Part shown: positions 18,258 to 27,374 of the stretch, in pieces | How positions within the stretch are numbered: position 1 is the first letter of the stretch | Layout of the letters: each line of letters opens with the position of its first letter | Source: Candidatus Magasanikiibacteriota bacterium | GTDB lineage: Bacteria > Patescibacteriota > Patescibacteriia > Magasanikbacterales > UBA922 | DNA length: 64,000 bases | Direction: 5' to 3' | NCBI GenBank assembly: GCA_018650085.1 | Contig: JABIGQ010000038.1 | Location: 4,388-68,387 of the forward strand | Notes under the pieces: model-generated | The model's input: the letters and a program-made list of their open reading frames with translations, nothing else | Databases searched by the model: none | What the model was told of the DNA's origin: nothing | Program-made: the position numbers and the translations under genes

Positions 18258-18848
18258 ATGCTTGAACATTTATTTGGCTCAAAAACCCGTTATCGACTAC
18301 TGAGATTGTTTTTTCGTGAACCAACGAGGAAGTGTTATGTGCGTGAATTAACTCGTGAGCTAGATACACAGATAAATGCAGTTCGTCGTGAATTGGAACT
18401 TTTGCATAAAGCGGGGATTGTCGAGCTTGTGGATAAAGAACAATTACTGGATGCAGAAAAAACAGAGCGTAGAAAATATTATCGCCTCAATATGTCTTCT
18501 ATCTTTTATACAGATTTACAAGCATTGTTACTAAAAGAACATATGCTTGGTGAAGAGGACTTTGTTATAGAATTAGGACAAAAGTGTGGTGATATTAAAT
18601 TATTGTTATTGACAGGTGTTTTTTCTGGGGAAAAGAGAGCCCCAACAGATATTTTATTTGTGGGGGAAACAAAGGAAAGAGTAATTAATCGGATGATCAC
18701 AAAGCATGAAAAAGAATTTGGATCTACTATTCGATTTACTTGTATGACAGAACAAGAATTTTTTGATAGACGACATGTGATGGATAAATTTTTATTTGGT
18801 ATTTTTGAAGGGAAACATAGAAAAGTTGTGAATGAATTAGATATTTAA
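18258..18848 (+). CDS. Winged-helix DNA-binding protein, putative transcriptional regulator with a C-terminal domain of unknown function.
   Basis: N-terminal 'SKTRYRLLRLFFREPTRKCYVRELTRELDTQINAVRRELELLHKAGIV' is a typical wHTH. Confidence 0.45.
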   Translation: MLEHLFGSKTRYRLLRLFFREPTRKCYVRELTRELDTQINAVRRELELLHKAGIVELVDKEQLLDAEKTERRKYYRLNMSSIFYTDLQALLLKEHMLGEEDFVIELGQKCGDIKLLLLTGVFSGEKRAPTDILFVGETKERVINRMITKHEKEFGSTIRFTCMTEQEFFDRRHVMDKFLFGIFEGKHRKVVNELDI

Positions 18849-18860
18849 GTAAGTTGTATT

Positions 18861-19250
18861 ATGCACATTATTATTGACTCTTCAAAAAAAGATATTATTC
18901 GTGTAGGGGAGTGTGGCAATGATTTAGAAGAATATGCCTATAAAAATAGAGATATCTTGCAAGCAGTCCATGAGTATCTAGAATCACAGAAAAAAACAAA
19001 AAAAGATGTTTCGGGAATTGCTGTAGTTATTGGATCAGGAAGTTTTACAGCGACTCGTCTGGCAGTAACCCTTGCAAATACCTGGGGATATGTGTTAGAT
19101 ATTCCTGTTATGGGAGTATCTCTGGAGGATATAGATCATCCTAAACGTATTATTTTTGCATTAGAGGCACACCCAAAAGGACAATATATTTCAGCAACAT
19201 ACAGTGGAATGCCACATATTGGCCCACCAAAGAACTCTGTGGTACAATAA
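18861..19250 (+). CDS. tsaB: TsaB/YeaZ-like protein, short form with the N-terminal domain only.
   Basis: 'IAVVIGSGSFTATRLAVTLANTWGYVLDIPVMGVS' matches the TsaB GPGSFTG(L/V)R core. 129 aa, against ~230 aa for a full TsaB. Confidence 0.55.
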   Translation: MHIIIDSSKKDIIRVGECGNDLEEYAYKNRDILQAVHEYLESQKKTKKDVSGIAVVIGSGSFTATRLAVTLANTWGYVLDIPVMGVSLEDIDHPKRIIFALEAHPKGQYISATYSGMPHIGPPKNSVVQ

Positions 19251-19325
19251 TAGCTCGTGTATAAGTATGGGTTTGTTTTTTATTACATCATCATTAATTT
19301 ACATTATTTTTTATTATAATAATAT

Positions 19326-19916
19326 ATGTCTCGAGAGATTGTTTTTGATATTGAAACCATTGGTGATATAAAGAATTTATCAACAATGAAAGTAACCGTG
19401 GTGTCTATTTATGAATATGAATCAGATTCATATAGATCATTTGAAGAACATGAATTAAAAGATTTGTGGCCAATACTTGAGAAAGCAGAACGGATCATTG
19501 GGTATAATAGTGAGCATTTTGATGTGCCAATTTTAAATAGATATTATGCTGGCGATTTGACAATCATCCCACATTTAGATTTGTTAAAAGTGATAAAAGA
19601 ATCTTGTGGAAAAAGGTTTAAATTAGATGATGTAGCACAAGCAACTTTGCAGATGAAAAAAAGTGCAGATGGATTAATTGCAATGGAATGGTTTAAAAAT
19701 GGAGAAATTCAGAAAGTAAAAGATTATTGTGAGCAAGATGTGAAAGTCACAAAAGAGGTGTATGATCATGGAAAGAAAAATAGTATGATTTACTATCCTA
19801 CTATTCAGGGAGATATTATGCCTATTTCTGTAAATTTCGCATCATTTCCAGTAGCAGAAGGTGCTTCGCAGTCTGGTGCGGTTGGTGGTGGAATTAATTT
19901 GACTTTGCCGATATAG
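19326..19916 (+). CDS. DEDD-family 3'-5' exonuclease (DnaQ-like fold).
   Basis: Exo I 'VFDIETIG', Exo II 'IGYNSEHFDVPIL', Exo III 'YCEQDVKVTKEVYDHG' (DEDD-h). Confidence 0.65.
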   Translation: MSREIVFDIETIGDIKNLSTMKVTVVSIYEYESDSYRSFEEHELKDLWPILEKAERIIGYNSEHFDVPILNRYYAGDLTIIPHLDLLKVIKESCGKRFKLDDVAQATLQMKKSADGLIAMEWFKNGEIQKVKDYCEQDVKVTKEVYDHGKKNSMIYYPTIQGDIMPISVNFASFPVAEGASQSGAVGGGINLTLPI

Positions 19917-19923
19917 AATCGTT

Positions 19924-21261
19924 TTGCTGGCGTCAACAAAATGGTTTCTTGAAAAAATAAATAGTTACATTATGCCCATAACATTTTCAAAAAAAGCACA
20001 ACTTGCAATAGATAAGGTTCAAGAGACCAATGATAATATCTTTGTCACAGGAAAAGCGGGGACTGGAAAGTCTACGCTTTTAGAATATATAAGAAACTAT
20101 ACATCAAAAAAAATAATCCTTCTTGCGCCTACAGGGATATCTGCTATAAATATAAATGGAGATACTATCCATTCATTTTTTAAACTTAAACCAGGGTTTG
20201 AAAAGGCAGAGGCTGAGAAAATGAGAATAGATGAAAAAAAAGAAAAGAAATTTAAGCGAATAGAAACTATTGCTATAGATGAGATTTCTATGGTAAGGGC
20301 AGATCTGCTCGATGCTATAGATATAGTACTTCGGCGTACCAGAAAAAATGATCAACCATTTGGAGGAGTACAGATGGTGTTTTTTGGGGATTTATATCAG
20401 CTTCCTCCTGTAGTCACTAGCGTGGATAGAGAAAAGTTTTTTTCTGAATATACCTTACCTTATTTTTTTGGGGCAGAAGTTTTTAAAACGCGGTTTGATT
20501 TATTTTCTACAAAATTTGAATTAGAGATAATTGAACTGACAGAAATGTATAGACAAAAAGACATGGATTTTATTCATGTTCTAAATGCTGTACGAAATAA
20601 TTCTGTAGATCATAATCATCTAAATACATTGAACACTCGATTTTTCCCAGATTTCACGCCAGAAGATAAGGATAATTATATTTATCTCATGACCACAAAT
20701 GCGAGTGCACGGAAGGTGAATGATGAAAAGTTAGCGCAACTTCCAGAGGAAGAAAGGATGTATTTGTCAGAAAAAACAGGAGATATTGCAAAAAATCTTC
20801 ACCCAAATGATGAAATGATAACTATAAAAGTAGGAGCGCAGGTGATGTTTATTTGTAATGATGCAGAGAGAAAATGGGTAAATGGAACCATAGGGAAAGT
20901 GATTGAAATAAATGGGGATCGTGTCTTGGTAGAAAAAACAAATGGGGATATGGTAGATGTAAAAAAGCATACGTGGGAGATATCTCGTTATACATTTGAT
21001 AAAGGACAGTTTGAACGAGAGATTATAGGAAGTTTTACTCAGATGCCAATGAAACTTGCTTGGGCAATCACTATACATAAAAGTCAGGGGAAAACCTTTG
21101 ATAAGGTTATAATTGATTTGGGACGAGGAAGTTTTGCACATGGACAAACGTATGTAGCGTTAAGTAGATGTACGACGCTTGAGGGAGTTATCTTAAAAAA
21201 ACGTATGTATAAATCAAGTATTATTATGGATACGAGAATAAGGAATTTTGAGGTGAAATAA
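19924..21261 (+). CDS. PIF1-like SF1B DNA helicase (RecD/Dda-like).
   Basis: Walker A 'GKAGTGKSTLL', 'LLAPTGISAININGDTIHSFF', 'IAIDEISMV', 'FGDLYQLPPV', C-terminal 'MPMKLAWAITIHKSQGKTFDKV...ALSRC'. Typical bacterial Pif1 size. The start could be the ATG at 19969. Confidence 0.75.
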   Translation: MLASTKWFLEKINSYIMPITFSKKAQLAIDKVQETNDNIFVTGKAGTGKSTLLEYIRNYTSKKIILLAPTGISAININGDTIHSFFKLKPGFEKAEAEKMRIDEKKEKKFKRIETIAIDEISMVRADLLDAIDIVLRRTRKNDQPFGGVQMVFFGDLYQLPPVVTSVDREKFFSEYTLPYFFGAEVFKTRFDLFSTKFELEIIELTEMYRQKDMDFIHVLNAVRNNSVDHNHLNTLNTRFFPDFTPEDKDNYIYLMTTNASARKVNDEKLAQLPEEERMYLSEKTGDIAKNLHPNDEMITIKVGAQVMFICNDAERKWVNGTIGKVIEINGDRVLVEKTNGDMVDVKKHTWEISRYTFDKGQFEREIIGSFTQMPMKLAWAITIHKSQGKTFDKVIIDLGRGSFAHGQTYVALSRCTTLEGVILKKRMYKSSIIMDTRIRNFEVK

Positions 21262-21308
21262 AAATACTTATGGTGATGTATTTTTTGGTTTAGTAAAAAT
21301 TAGTAATT

Positions 21309-21782
21309 ATGTCACTTGATATTGATAATTTTGAAGAAGTAAGAGTAAAAGCAGAAGATTTTTATAAAGGTTTGTCTCAAGTGTATTGTCCTTATTTAAA
21401 AGATAAAATTTCTTTTAATAGTTCAGGATTACGACATATAAAATTTAAAAGGCAGAGACAATCTCGTTCTCGGCAGGATCAGTATATGCGTTTTAAATTA
21501 TTACATTTAGCGCCTAAGGTAATAAGTGCAAGTGCTACATTACAAGGAATTTTAGAAAGTAATAATTTTGAACGTGTAAGAGTAAATAGTAAAACTCAAA
21601 ATATAATGAAATTTGTTACGTATTATGAGTTTATTGCAGTGATTGATTCTATTCGTGTAAAGGTAATATTAAAACAAATTGAAGATGGTGAATGTTTTTT
21701 TTGGAGTATTATCCCATATTGGGGTGTTGATAAGGAACATAGAAGAAAAAAGTTGCATAGTGGGTATCCTGCGAACGATTAA
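21309..21782 (+). CDS. Hypothetical protein, 157 aa.
   Basis: ORF co-directional with and tightly spaced to the helicase. No motif recognised. Confidence 0.4.
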   Translation: MSLDIDNFEEVRVKAEDFYKGLSQVYCPYLKDKISFNSSGLRHIKFKRQRQSRSRQDQYMRFKLLHLAPKVISASATLQGILESNNFERVRVNSKTQNIMKFVTYYEFIAVIDSIRVKVILKQIEDGECFFWSIIPYWGVDKEHRRKKLHSGYPAND

Positions 21783-21917
21783 AAACAAAAAATCTACCAG
21801 ATGGTAGATACTTTGTAGGTATTTGGTTACAGCTTATGTATTAGCCGTGAGAGGGCGAACCCTCCAAACACCTATAAAAATAATAGCATAAAAATATATA
21901 TTTGTCAATAAAATATT

Positions 21918-23141
21918 ATGTCAGATCAACATATCGTATGTCCTAGTTGCAGTGTGAGTATTCCACTTTCAGAAGCACTGAGAAAACAAGTGACAGAACA
22001 ATTAGAAGTGAATTTTAGAAAAAAAGTGGAAAAGCAAATGGAAGAGGTAGCACTTCAGAAAAAAGAATTAGAAAAACAAAAACGAGAAGTAGAAAAATCT
22101 GTAGAAGTAAGATTACAAGCAGAAAAAGAAAAGATGTGGCTTGTAGCGCAAGAAAAAGCAAAGGAGAAAATGAATATTGAACTAAAAGATTTAGAAAAAA
22201 TAAATCAAGAAAAAGAAGTGAAGATACGAGAGATGCAAGAAAAGGAATTGGAATTGCGGAAACAAAAGCGTGAAATAGAAGAAAAAGAAAAAAGTCTTGT
22301 ACTAGAAATGGAAAGAAAGTTAGATGAAGAAAGAGAAAAAGTGTCAAAGCAAGTAAAAGAAGAAGCATTTGTAGAAAGCAGGCTAAAGATAGCAGAAAAA
22401 GACAAGCAAATGGAGCAAATGCGTTCAACGATTGAAGAGTTAAAAAGAAAAAGTGAACAAGGCTCCATGCAAATACAAGGGGATGTGCAAGAAAATGATT
22501 TGAAAGTATTATTACAGCAACATTTCCCAATGGATACTATTGATGATGTTCCTACTGGAATTAGAGGTGCGGATCTCGTACAAACAGTTCATGCACAATT
22601 TGGGAAAAAAACGGGAATTATTCTCTGGGAATCAAAAAACACAAAGGCATGGAGTAGTGACTGGATAAAAAAATTAAAAGATGATCAAGCAGCGGTAAAA
22701 GCAGATGTGTGTATTTTAGTTTCTCAATCTTTGCCAAGTGATATTCAAACGTTTGGATTAAAAAATGGCGTGTGGATTTGTCATTATAAATTTGCATTTG
22801 CGCTGGCATCTACGCTTCGTCTTCATTTAGAAGAATTATCAAAGGCAAAGCAGTCTCTGGTGGGGAAGGATCAGAAGATGGAGTATTTGTATGATTATTT
22901 GTGTGGAAATGAATTTAGAAATAAAATAGAAAATATAGTATCTGCTTTTTCTAGTATGAAGGAAGGATTAGAGACAGAAAAGCGTTCTATGCAGCGTATT
23001 TGGAGTAAAAGGGAAAAAGAAATAGAGCGTGTAATTTTAAACACGTCTGGTATGTATGGGGATCTGCAGGGGATTGTGGGGGCGAGTTTACCTACTGTGG
23101 ATGCATTGGAATTACCTGGTGGAGAAGAGGAAGAAGATTAA
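21918..23141 (+). CDS. DUF2130-like protein: N-terminal CxxC, a long K/E coiled-coil, and a C-terminal PD-(D/E)xK-like (restriction-endonuclease fold) domain.
   Basis: 'CPSCS' at the N-terminus. ~180 aa of heptad-rich E/K repeat. C-terminal 'GADLVQ...GIILWESKNTKAWSSDWIKKL' resembles the D...E-x-K pattern of DUF2130 proteins. Assignment from memory of the family architecture. Confidence 0.5.
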   Translation: MSDQHIVCPSCSVSIPLSEALRKQVTEQLEVNFRKKVEKQMEEVALQKKELEKQKREVEKSVEVRLQAEKEKMWLVAQEKAKEKMNIELKDLEKINQEKEVKIREMQEKELELRKQKREIEEKEKSLVLEMERKLDEEREKVSKQVKEEAFVESRLKIAEKDKQMEQMRSTIEELKRKSEQGSMQIQGDVQENDLKVLLQQHFPMDTIDDVPTGIRGADLVQTVHAQFGKKTGIILWESKNTKAWSSDWIKKLKDDQAAVKADVCILVSQSLPSDIQTFGLKNGVWICHYKFAFALASTLRLHLEELSKAKQSLVGKDQKMEYLYDYLCGNEFRNKIENIVSAFSSMKEGLETEKRSMQRIWSKREKEIERVILNTSGMYGDLQGIVGASLPTVDALELPGGEEEED

Positions 23142-23821
23142 AACACTTCTATATGTATCTGCGTTTTATCAACATTATTTTTTAAAAAAGCATTTCTTAC
23201 ATCTGCAACCATATGTGGGTTTCCGCAGATATAGATTTGTTCATCTGCTGCGATGTTTTCTGGGATGTGTTTTGTGACACGTCCTTTTATTCCACCCCAA
23301 CTATCATGAGCTTGTGATAGTGTTATTGTATATGAAAAGTTTGTGTAATTGTTTGCGAGTTCTTCTAACTTTTCTACCCAAAACAAATCTTTTTCTTCAC
23401 GCACGCCAAATAATAGTCGAATAGGAAGAGGATTGTTTTTTGTTGTGAGTTCATCATAAATAAGACTCATGTTTGGGGCAATACCAACTCCTGTCGCTAT
23501 GCAAGTGATTGGTTTTTTTTCTTTTGAAATATAATGTCCTATAGGTCCTCTTATTTCTAGTTTGTCTCCTATATTCATTTTATGTAGATATGTTGTGGCA
23601 ATACCGTTTGGGATAATTTTTATAGAAAAAATAAGATGAGTATTTGTTGGGTTGGATGCTATAGAATAGGAGCGGGGGACGATTGCTCCTTCATGTGGAA
23701 TCATTGTTTGTATAAATTGTCCTGCTATAAATGTAAATTCTTTTGGTTTAGAAAAATGAAACTCAAATACATCCTCACAAAGGTTTGTTTTTTTTAAAAG
23801 TGTTGTGGTGAAAGTGTTCAT
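23138..23821 (-). CDS. FAD/NAD(P)-binding oxidoreductase of the ferredoxin-NADP reductase superfamily.
   Basis: FAD-binding 'RSYSIAS' (RxYS). NAD-binding 'CIATGVGIAPNMS'. C-terminal 'ICGNPHMV'. Confidence 0.7.
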   Translation of the reverse strand: MNTFTTTLLKKTNLCEDVFEFHFSKPKEFTFIAGQFIQTMIPHEGAIVPRSYSIASNPTNTHLIFSIKIIPNGIATTYLHKMNIGDKLEIRGPIGHYISKEKKPITCIATGVGIAPNMSLIYDELTTKNNPLPIRLLFGVREEKDLFWVEKLEELANNYTNFSYTITLSQAHDSWGGIKGRVTKHIPENIAADEQIYICGNPHMVADVRNAFLKNNVDKTQIHIEVF

Positions 23822-23875
23822 AGTGTAGTATTTGGGGGGTATAATAAGTTCACACAGTATATCTATTTTTTTGTT

Positions 23876-23949
23876 CCTCCCCTATCAGGGGAGGCTAGGA
23901 GGGGTCTGTTTTGTAGAAGCCCCCCTCTAACTCCCCCTGGTAGGGGGAG
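23876..23949. repeat. Cluster of GC-rich palindromic hairpins in an AT-rich spacer.
   Basis: CCTCCCC-TATCA-GGGGAGG at 23876-23894 and CTCCCCC-TGGTA-GGGGGAG at 23931-23949, with a G4/C6 stem between. Preceded at 23860-23873 by 'TATATCTATTTTTTT', which is the left-end motif of the 100-bp repeat family. Confidence 0.45.
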
Positions 23950-23987
23950 GATAACTTAATGGAAGTTTAAATAGTATTAATATTTAC

Positions 23988-24016
23988 TTGACAGAGGAGT
24001 GATAATGTAATATCAT
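23988..24016 (+). promoter_or_regulatory. Sigma70-like promoter TTGACA-N17-TATCAT upstream of iscR.
   Basis: Exact -35, 17-bp spacer, 5/6 -10. 30 bp before the iscR ATG. Confidence 0.4.
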
Positions 24017-24046
24017 ACCACCTAGGTATGAATTATAACATTTTTT

Positions 24047-24460
24047 ATGATTTCTTTAAATAAGCAAGTGGATTATGGGGTGCAATTCCTTATAACTCTA
24101 TCACAGCTGGAGGAAAAACAACAAATAAGTTTACGTACATTCACTAATGAGCATAACATGTCATTTCTTTTTTTGCAACGCATTGCGGCATTGTTAAAAG
24201 GGGCTGGATTAATCACTGCAACAAAGGGGGCGCATGGGGGGTATACTTTAGCAAAGAAAGCTGAAGATATTACATTTTTAGATATATATGAGGCTATAGA
24301 AGGGGCATATGGAGCGGCGACCTGTCTGAAAAAAGGGTGTAGTTGTCCCCGCGAGCAGGCGTGTGATTCTCGTATGTTTTTTTCTGTATTACAAAAAGAT
24401 TTGCGTGTATTTATGAAGGGGTATACATTGGCGGATATGGCGGATTTGTCTCGTGCTTAA
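24047..24460 (+). CDS. iscR: Rrf2-family transcriptional regulator (IscR-like).
   Basis: 'KGAGLITATKGAHGGYTLAK' Rrf2 signature. Cys triad 'CLKKGCSCPREQAC'. Directly upstream of the cysteine desulfurase. Confidence 0.75.
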   Translation: MISLNKQVDYGVQFLITLSQLEEKQQISLRTFTNEHNMSFLFLQRIAALLKGAGLITATKGAHGGYTLAKKAEDITFLDIYEAIEGAYGAATCLKKGCSCPREQACDSRMFFSVLQKDLRVFMKGYTLADMADLSRA

Positions 24461-24466
24461 TAAATT

Positions 24467-24569
24467 TGTTCGTACAATATATCTATTTTTTCACTGCATG
24501 ATTGCTTCTTAAAACGCTCCTTTTACGATCTGAAGCATCTCCGTTCAAAAATAAATATATTGTACTCTC
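24467..24569 (+). repeat. Copy 2 of the ~100-bp TIR-flanked repeat family.
   Basis: TIRs 'TCGTACAATATAT...ATATATTGTACTC' and the shared core. The internal hairpin region is degenerate in this copy. Ends 51 bp before the iscS ATG. Confidence 0.75.
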
Positions 24570-24619
24570 GTATAGTTTTATTCATAATTATAGTAGTGAT
24601 AATTAATTTTTAAATAAAT

Positions 24620-25885
24620 ATGTTTCCAACAAAACCAGAAAATAAAAGAGTGATTTATTTAGATCATGCGGCTACTACTGCGACGGATGAAGAAGTATTT
24701 GAGGTGATGAGGCCGTATTTTAGTGAGCATTTTGGGAATCCTTCTGCTCTGTATAGTATTGGGCGGGAAGTAAAGGATGCGGTGGATAAGGCTAGAAGGA
24801 GTATTTCAAATATACTTGCAATTCAAGGTGGGGATAGTATTATTTTTACAGGTGGTGGGACAGAGTCAGATAATATGGCTATTTTTGGTATTGCATACAA
24901 GCATAGTAAAAATGGAAAAGGTCATATTGTTACGACAAAGATTGAACATCATGCTGTTCTTCATCCGTGTGAAAGGTTAGAAAAAGAAGGATTTGATATT
25001 ACGTATTTAGAACCAAATGAAGCAGGATTGGTGACAGAAAAACAAGTAAAAGAATCGTTACGAGAAGATACAATACTTGTATCAGTGATGTATGCAAATA
25101 ATGAGATGGGGGCAGTAGAACCTATTGCAGATATTGGAAGGGAAATATTAAAATGGAGAAAAAATAATAATACAAAATATCCATATTTTCATACAGATGC
25201 TTGCCAAGCTGCAGGAGTTTTAGATTTGAACGTGGAAAAATTACACGTAGATCTTATGACAATAAACGGAAGTAAGATGTATGGCCCAAAGGGGATTGGA
25301 ATATTATATAAAAGACGTGGGGTTTCTATTCAGCCATTGATTATAGGTGGTGCGCAAGAAATGAAATTACGTGCAGGGACAGAAAATGTGCCATCAATTA
25401 TTGGGTTTGCTCGTGCGTTGGAATTGGTTAATGAACATCGTAAAAAAGAAAACGCACGTCTGATAGAACTACGACAATATTTTTTCAATGGGTTAGAAAA
25501 ACGTATTGATAAAATTCAGATTAATGGACCAGAACTTGGGAATGAAACAGTGCGCCTTCCAAACAATTTAAATGTATCTATTTTAGATATAGAGGGAGAG
25601 GCATTGCTTCTTTATTTAGATGAGTATGGCATAGTATGTTCTACTGGTTCTGCGTGTACAGCTGAATCTTTAGATCCTTCTCATGTATTACTTGCTTGCG
25701 GATTGCCGTATGAATATGCGCATGGAAGTTTGCGCTTTACTCTAGGGAAAACAACGACAAAAGAAGATATAGATTATGTATTGGAATATTTACCAGGTAT
25801 AGTAGAAAAGCTTCGGGAAATGTCTCCTGTAAAATTATCTACAAATAAAAAAAACAACACACATCCTAAATATTTACAACGATAA
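24620..25885 (+). CDS. iscS: Cysteine desulfurase (NifS/IscS, class V aminotransferase).
   Basis: 'IYLDHAATT', 'GNPSALYSIGRE', PLP-Lys region 'DLMTINGSKMYGPKGIG', active-site loop 'STGSACT'. Confidence 0.9.
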   Translation: MFPTKPENKRVIYLDHAATTATDEEVFEVMRPYFSEHFGNPSALYSIGREVKDAVDKARRSISNILAIQGGDSIIFTGGGTESDNMAIFGIAYKHSKNGKGHIVTTKIEHHAVLHPCERLEKEGFDITYLEPNEAGLVTEKQVKESLREDTILVSVMYANNEMGAVEPIADIGREILKWRKNNNTKYPYFHTDACQAAGVLDLNVEKLHVDLMTINGSKMYGPKGIGILYKRRGVSIQPLIIGGAQEMKLRAGTENVPSIIGFARALELVNEHRKKENARLIELRQYFFNGLEKRIDKIQINGPELGNETVRLPNNLNVSILDIEGEALLLYLDEYGIVCSTGSACTAESLDPSHVLLACGLPYEYAHGSLRFTLGKTTTKEDIDYVLEYLPGIVEKLREMSPVKLSTNKKNNTHPKYLQR

Positions 25886-25886
25886 T

Positions 25887-26546
25887 ATGACACAAGAAGC
25901 AAAGATTAAAGATGACAAAGGGAATTCTTGGCTGTATACGGATACAGTAAAAGAACATTTTTTTAATCCAAAAAATATTTTAAAAGCAGGGGAAGAAGAT
26001 GCATATAAAGCAGATGCTATGGGAAGAGTGGGGTCTCCAGCTTGTGGGGATGAAATGGTATTGTGGCTAAAGATAGATAAAGAGACAGAGAAAATCCTTG
26101 ATTGCAAATGGCAAACATTTGGTTGTGGATCAGCAATTGCTTCTACGTCTATGTTATCTGTCATGCTTATAGAAAATGATGGAATGACTATTACGCAAGC
26201 ACTAAAGATTAAACCTCAAGATATCATAGCTCGCTTAGGTGGTTTACCAAACAGAAAAATTCATTGTTCAGTATTGGGGGACAAGGCACTTCATGCGGCA
26301 ATAAATGATTGGTTTAGAAATACAGATCAGCATGATAGAATTATGGTAGCTGGTGCAAAGGTTATTGACCAGGACTCAAATGTTACAGATAAAGATATAG
26401 AGGAGGCAGTACTAGAGGGAGCGCAAACTGTGGGGGATGTTGAAAAAAAGTTAAAAGTGAGTAAAATAAATGAGGATTCTGTTCCAGAAGTAGAGCAGTT
26501 GATTCGGTTTTATTCAGAGAAGTATTATGGAGAAAGTGTGATCTAG
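25887..26546 (+). CDS. nifU: Fe-S cluster scaffold NifU/IscU with a C-terminal extension.
   Basis: 'GSPACGDEM', 'KWQTFGCGSAIASTS', 'IHCSVLGDKALHAAINDW' are the three conserved Cys regions of IscU/NifU-N. Confidence 0.8.
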   Translation: MTQEAKIKDDKGNSWLYTDTVKEHFFNPKNILKAGEEDAYKADAMGRVGSPACGDEMVLWLKIDKETEKILDCKWQTFGCGSAIASTSMLSVMLIENDGMTITQALKIKPQDIIARLGGLPNRKIHCSVLGDKALHAAINDWFRNTDQHDRIMVAGAKVIDQDSNVTDKDIEEAVLEGAQTVGDVEKKLKVSKINEDSVPEVEQLIRFYSEKYYGESVI

Positions 26547-26561
26547 GATAAGATATAAAGT

Positions 26562-26849
26562 ATGCTTAAAAAAGAACAAATTATAGAGGCGTTAAAGACT
26601 GTGATGGATCCGCATATTGGGTTAGATGTTTGGACGCTTGGGTTTATCTATGAGATAGATATTTGTGATGAAAAAACTGTGTCTATACTTATGACGCTGA
26701 CTACTCCGGCGTGTCCTTTGGAATCTAATCTAAAAGAAGATATCCGTGAGTCTATTCATGCGCTTGGAGTGGAAAAGGTGGAAATAGAAATGACGTATGA
26801 TCCGCCATGGCAGCTTCCGGAGAGTGTTCGTGAACAAATGGGTTTTTAG
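26562..26849 (+). CDS. DUF59 / MIP18-family Fe-S assembly protein (SufT-like).
   Basis: 'VMDPHIGLDVWTLGFIYEI', 'TLTTPACPLES'. Position in the isc operon. Confidence 0.7.
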   Translation: MLKKEQIIEALKTVMDPHIGLDVWTLGFIYEIDICDEKTVSILMTLTTPACPLESNLKEDIRESIHALGVEKVEIEMTYDPPWQLPESVREQMGF

Positions 26850-26998
26850 ATTATCCTGTGACAGGCTCATGATATATTTATTTAATTTCTCATAAACTCA
26901 CGTAGCTGTCGCTCGCTCGGCCTAGGGCGGCAGCAGCTCAAAATTAAATAACCATATCAGGAGCCTTATTAGAATAATAAAAATTTAACTTGTGTTAT

Positions 26999-27304
26999 AT
27001 GAAAAAAATACGTGTTTGTCGTGGGAAAGTATGTCAGTCATTTGGGGCTGATAGAATTATGGATGAAATTGTAAAGTCTACGGGGGTAAAGCCAGGGCAG
27101 TCTGATGATAAACATGATGTGGATTTTTGTGGGTGTTTAGGATATTGTGGATATGCTCCAAATGTAGAAGTAGATGAAGAGCATATTGTTTGTCAGTGTG
27201 AAGCAGATACTGTGATGGAACGTATAGAGCATGCAGAAGATGAGAATTGTATTCCTTCTGCGGAGGATGTGAAAATTGAAGATACATTTCTGGGGGATAT
27301 ATAG
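26999..27304 (+). CDS. Thioredoxin-like [2Fe-2S] ferredoxin.
   Basis: Cys pattern 'RVCRGKVCQS...DFCGCLGYCGYAPNVEVD', as in NuoE-type 2Fe-2S ferredoxins. Start placed at the Met of 'MKKIRVC'; the track ORF begins 9 nt earlier. Confidence 0.5.
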   Translation: MKKIRVCRGKVCQSFGADRIMDEIVKSTGVKPGQSDDKHDVDFCGCLGYCGYAPNVEVDEEHIVCQCEADTVMERIEHAEDENCIPSAEDVKIEDTFLGDI

Positions 27305-27374
27305 TAGACTTGTTGTATATATTCTCTTGTTTTAGATAATATATGTGTGCTACTATATCTAGGTATTTATTAAT

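Noticed and set aside
22015-22530. 171-aa and 87-aa ORFs on the - strand inside the DUF2130-like gene.
   Set aside because: They are antisense to the low-complexity K/E coiled-coil region (aaga/gaaa-rich DNA), which generates long Leu/Phe/Ser-rich shadow ORFs. They have no RBS and no start context, and they are fully contained in a better gene.
26895-26940. GC-rich (GCN)-like patch 'GCTGTCGCTCGCTCGGCCTAGGGCGGCAGCAGC' upstream of the ferredoxin gene.
   Set aside because: The arms are only partially complementary and there is no flanking run. It could be a degenerate hairpin or low-complexity remnant, with insufficient evidence for any feature.
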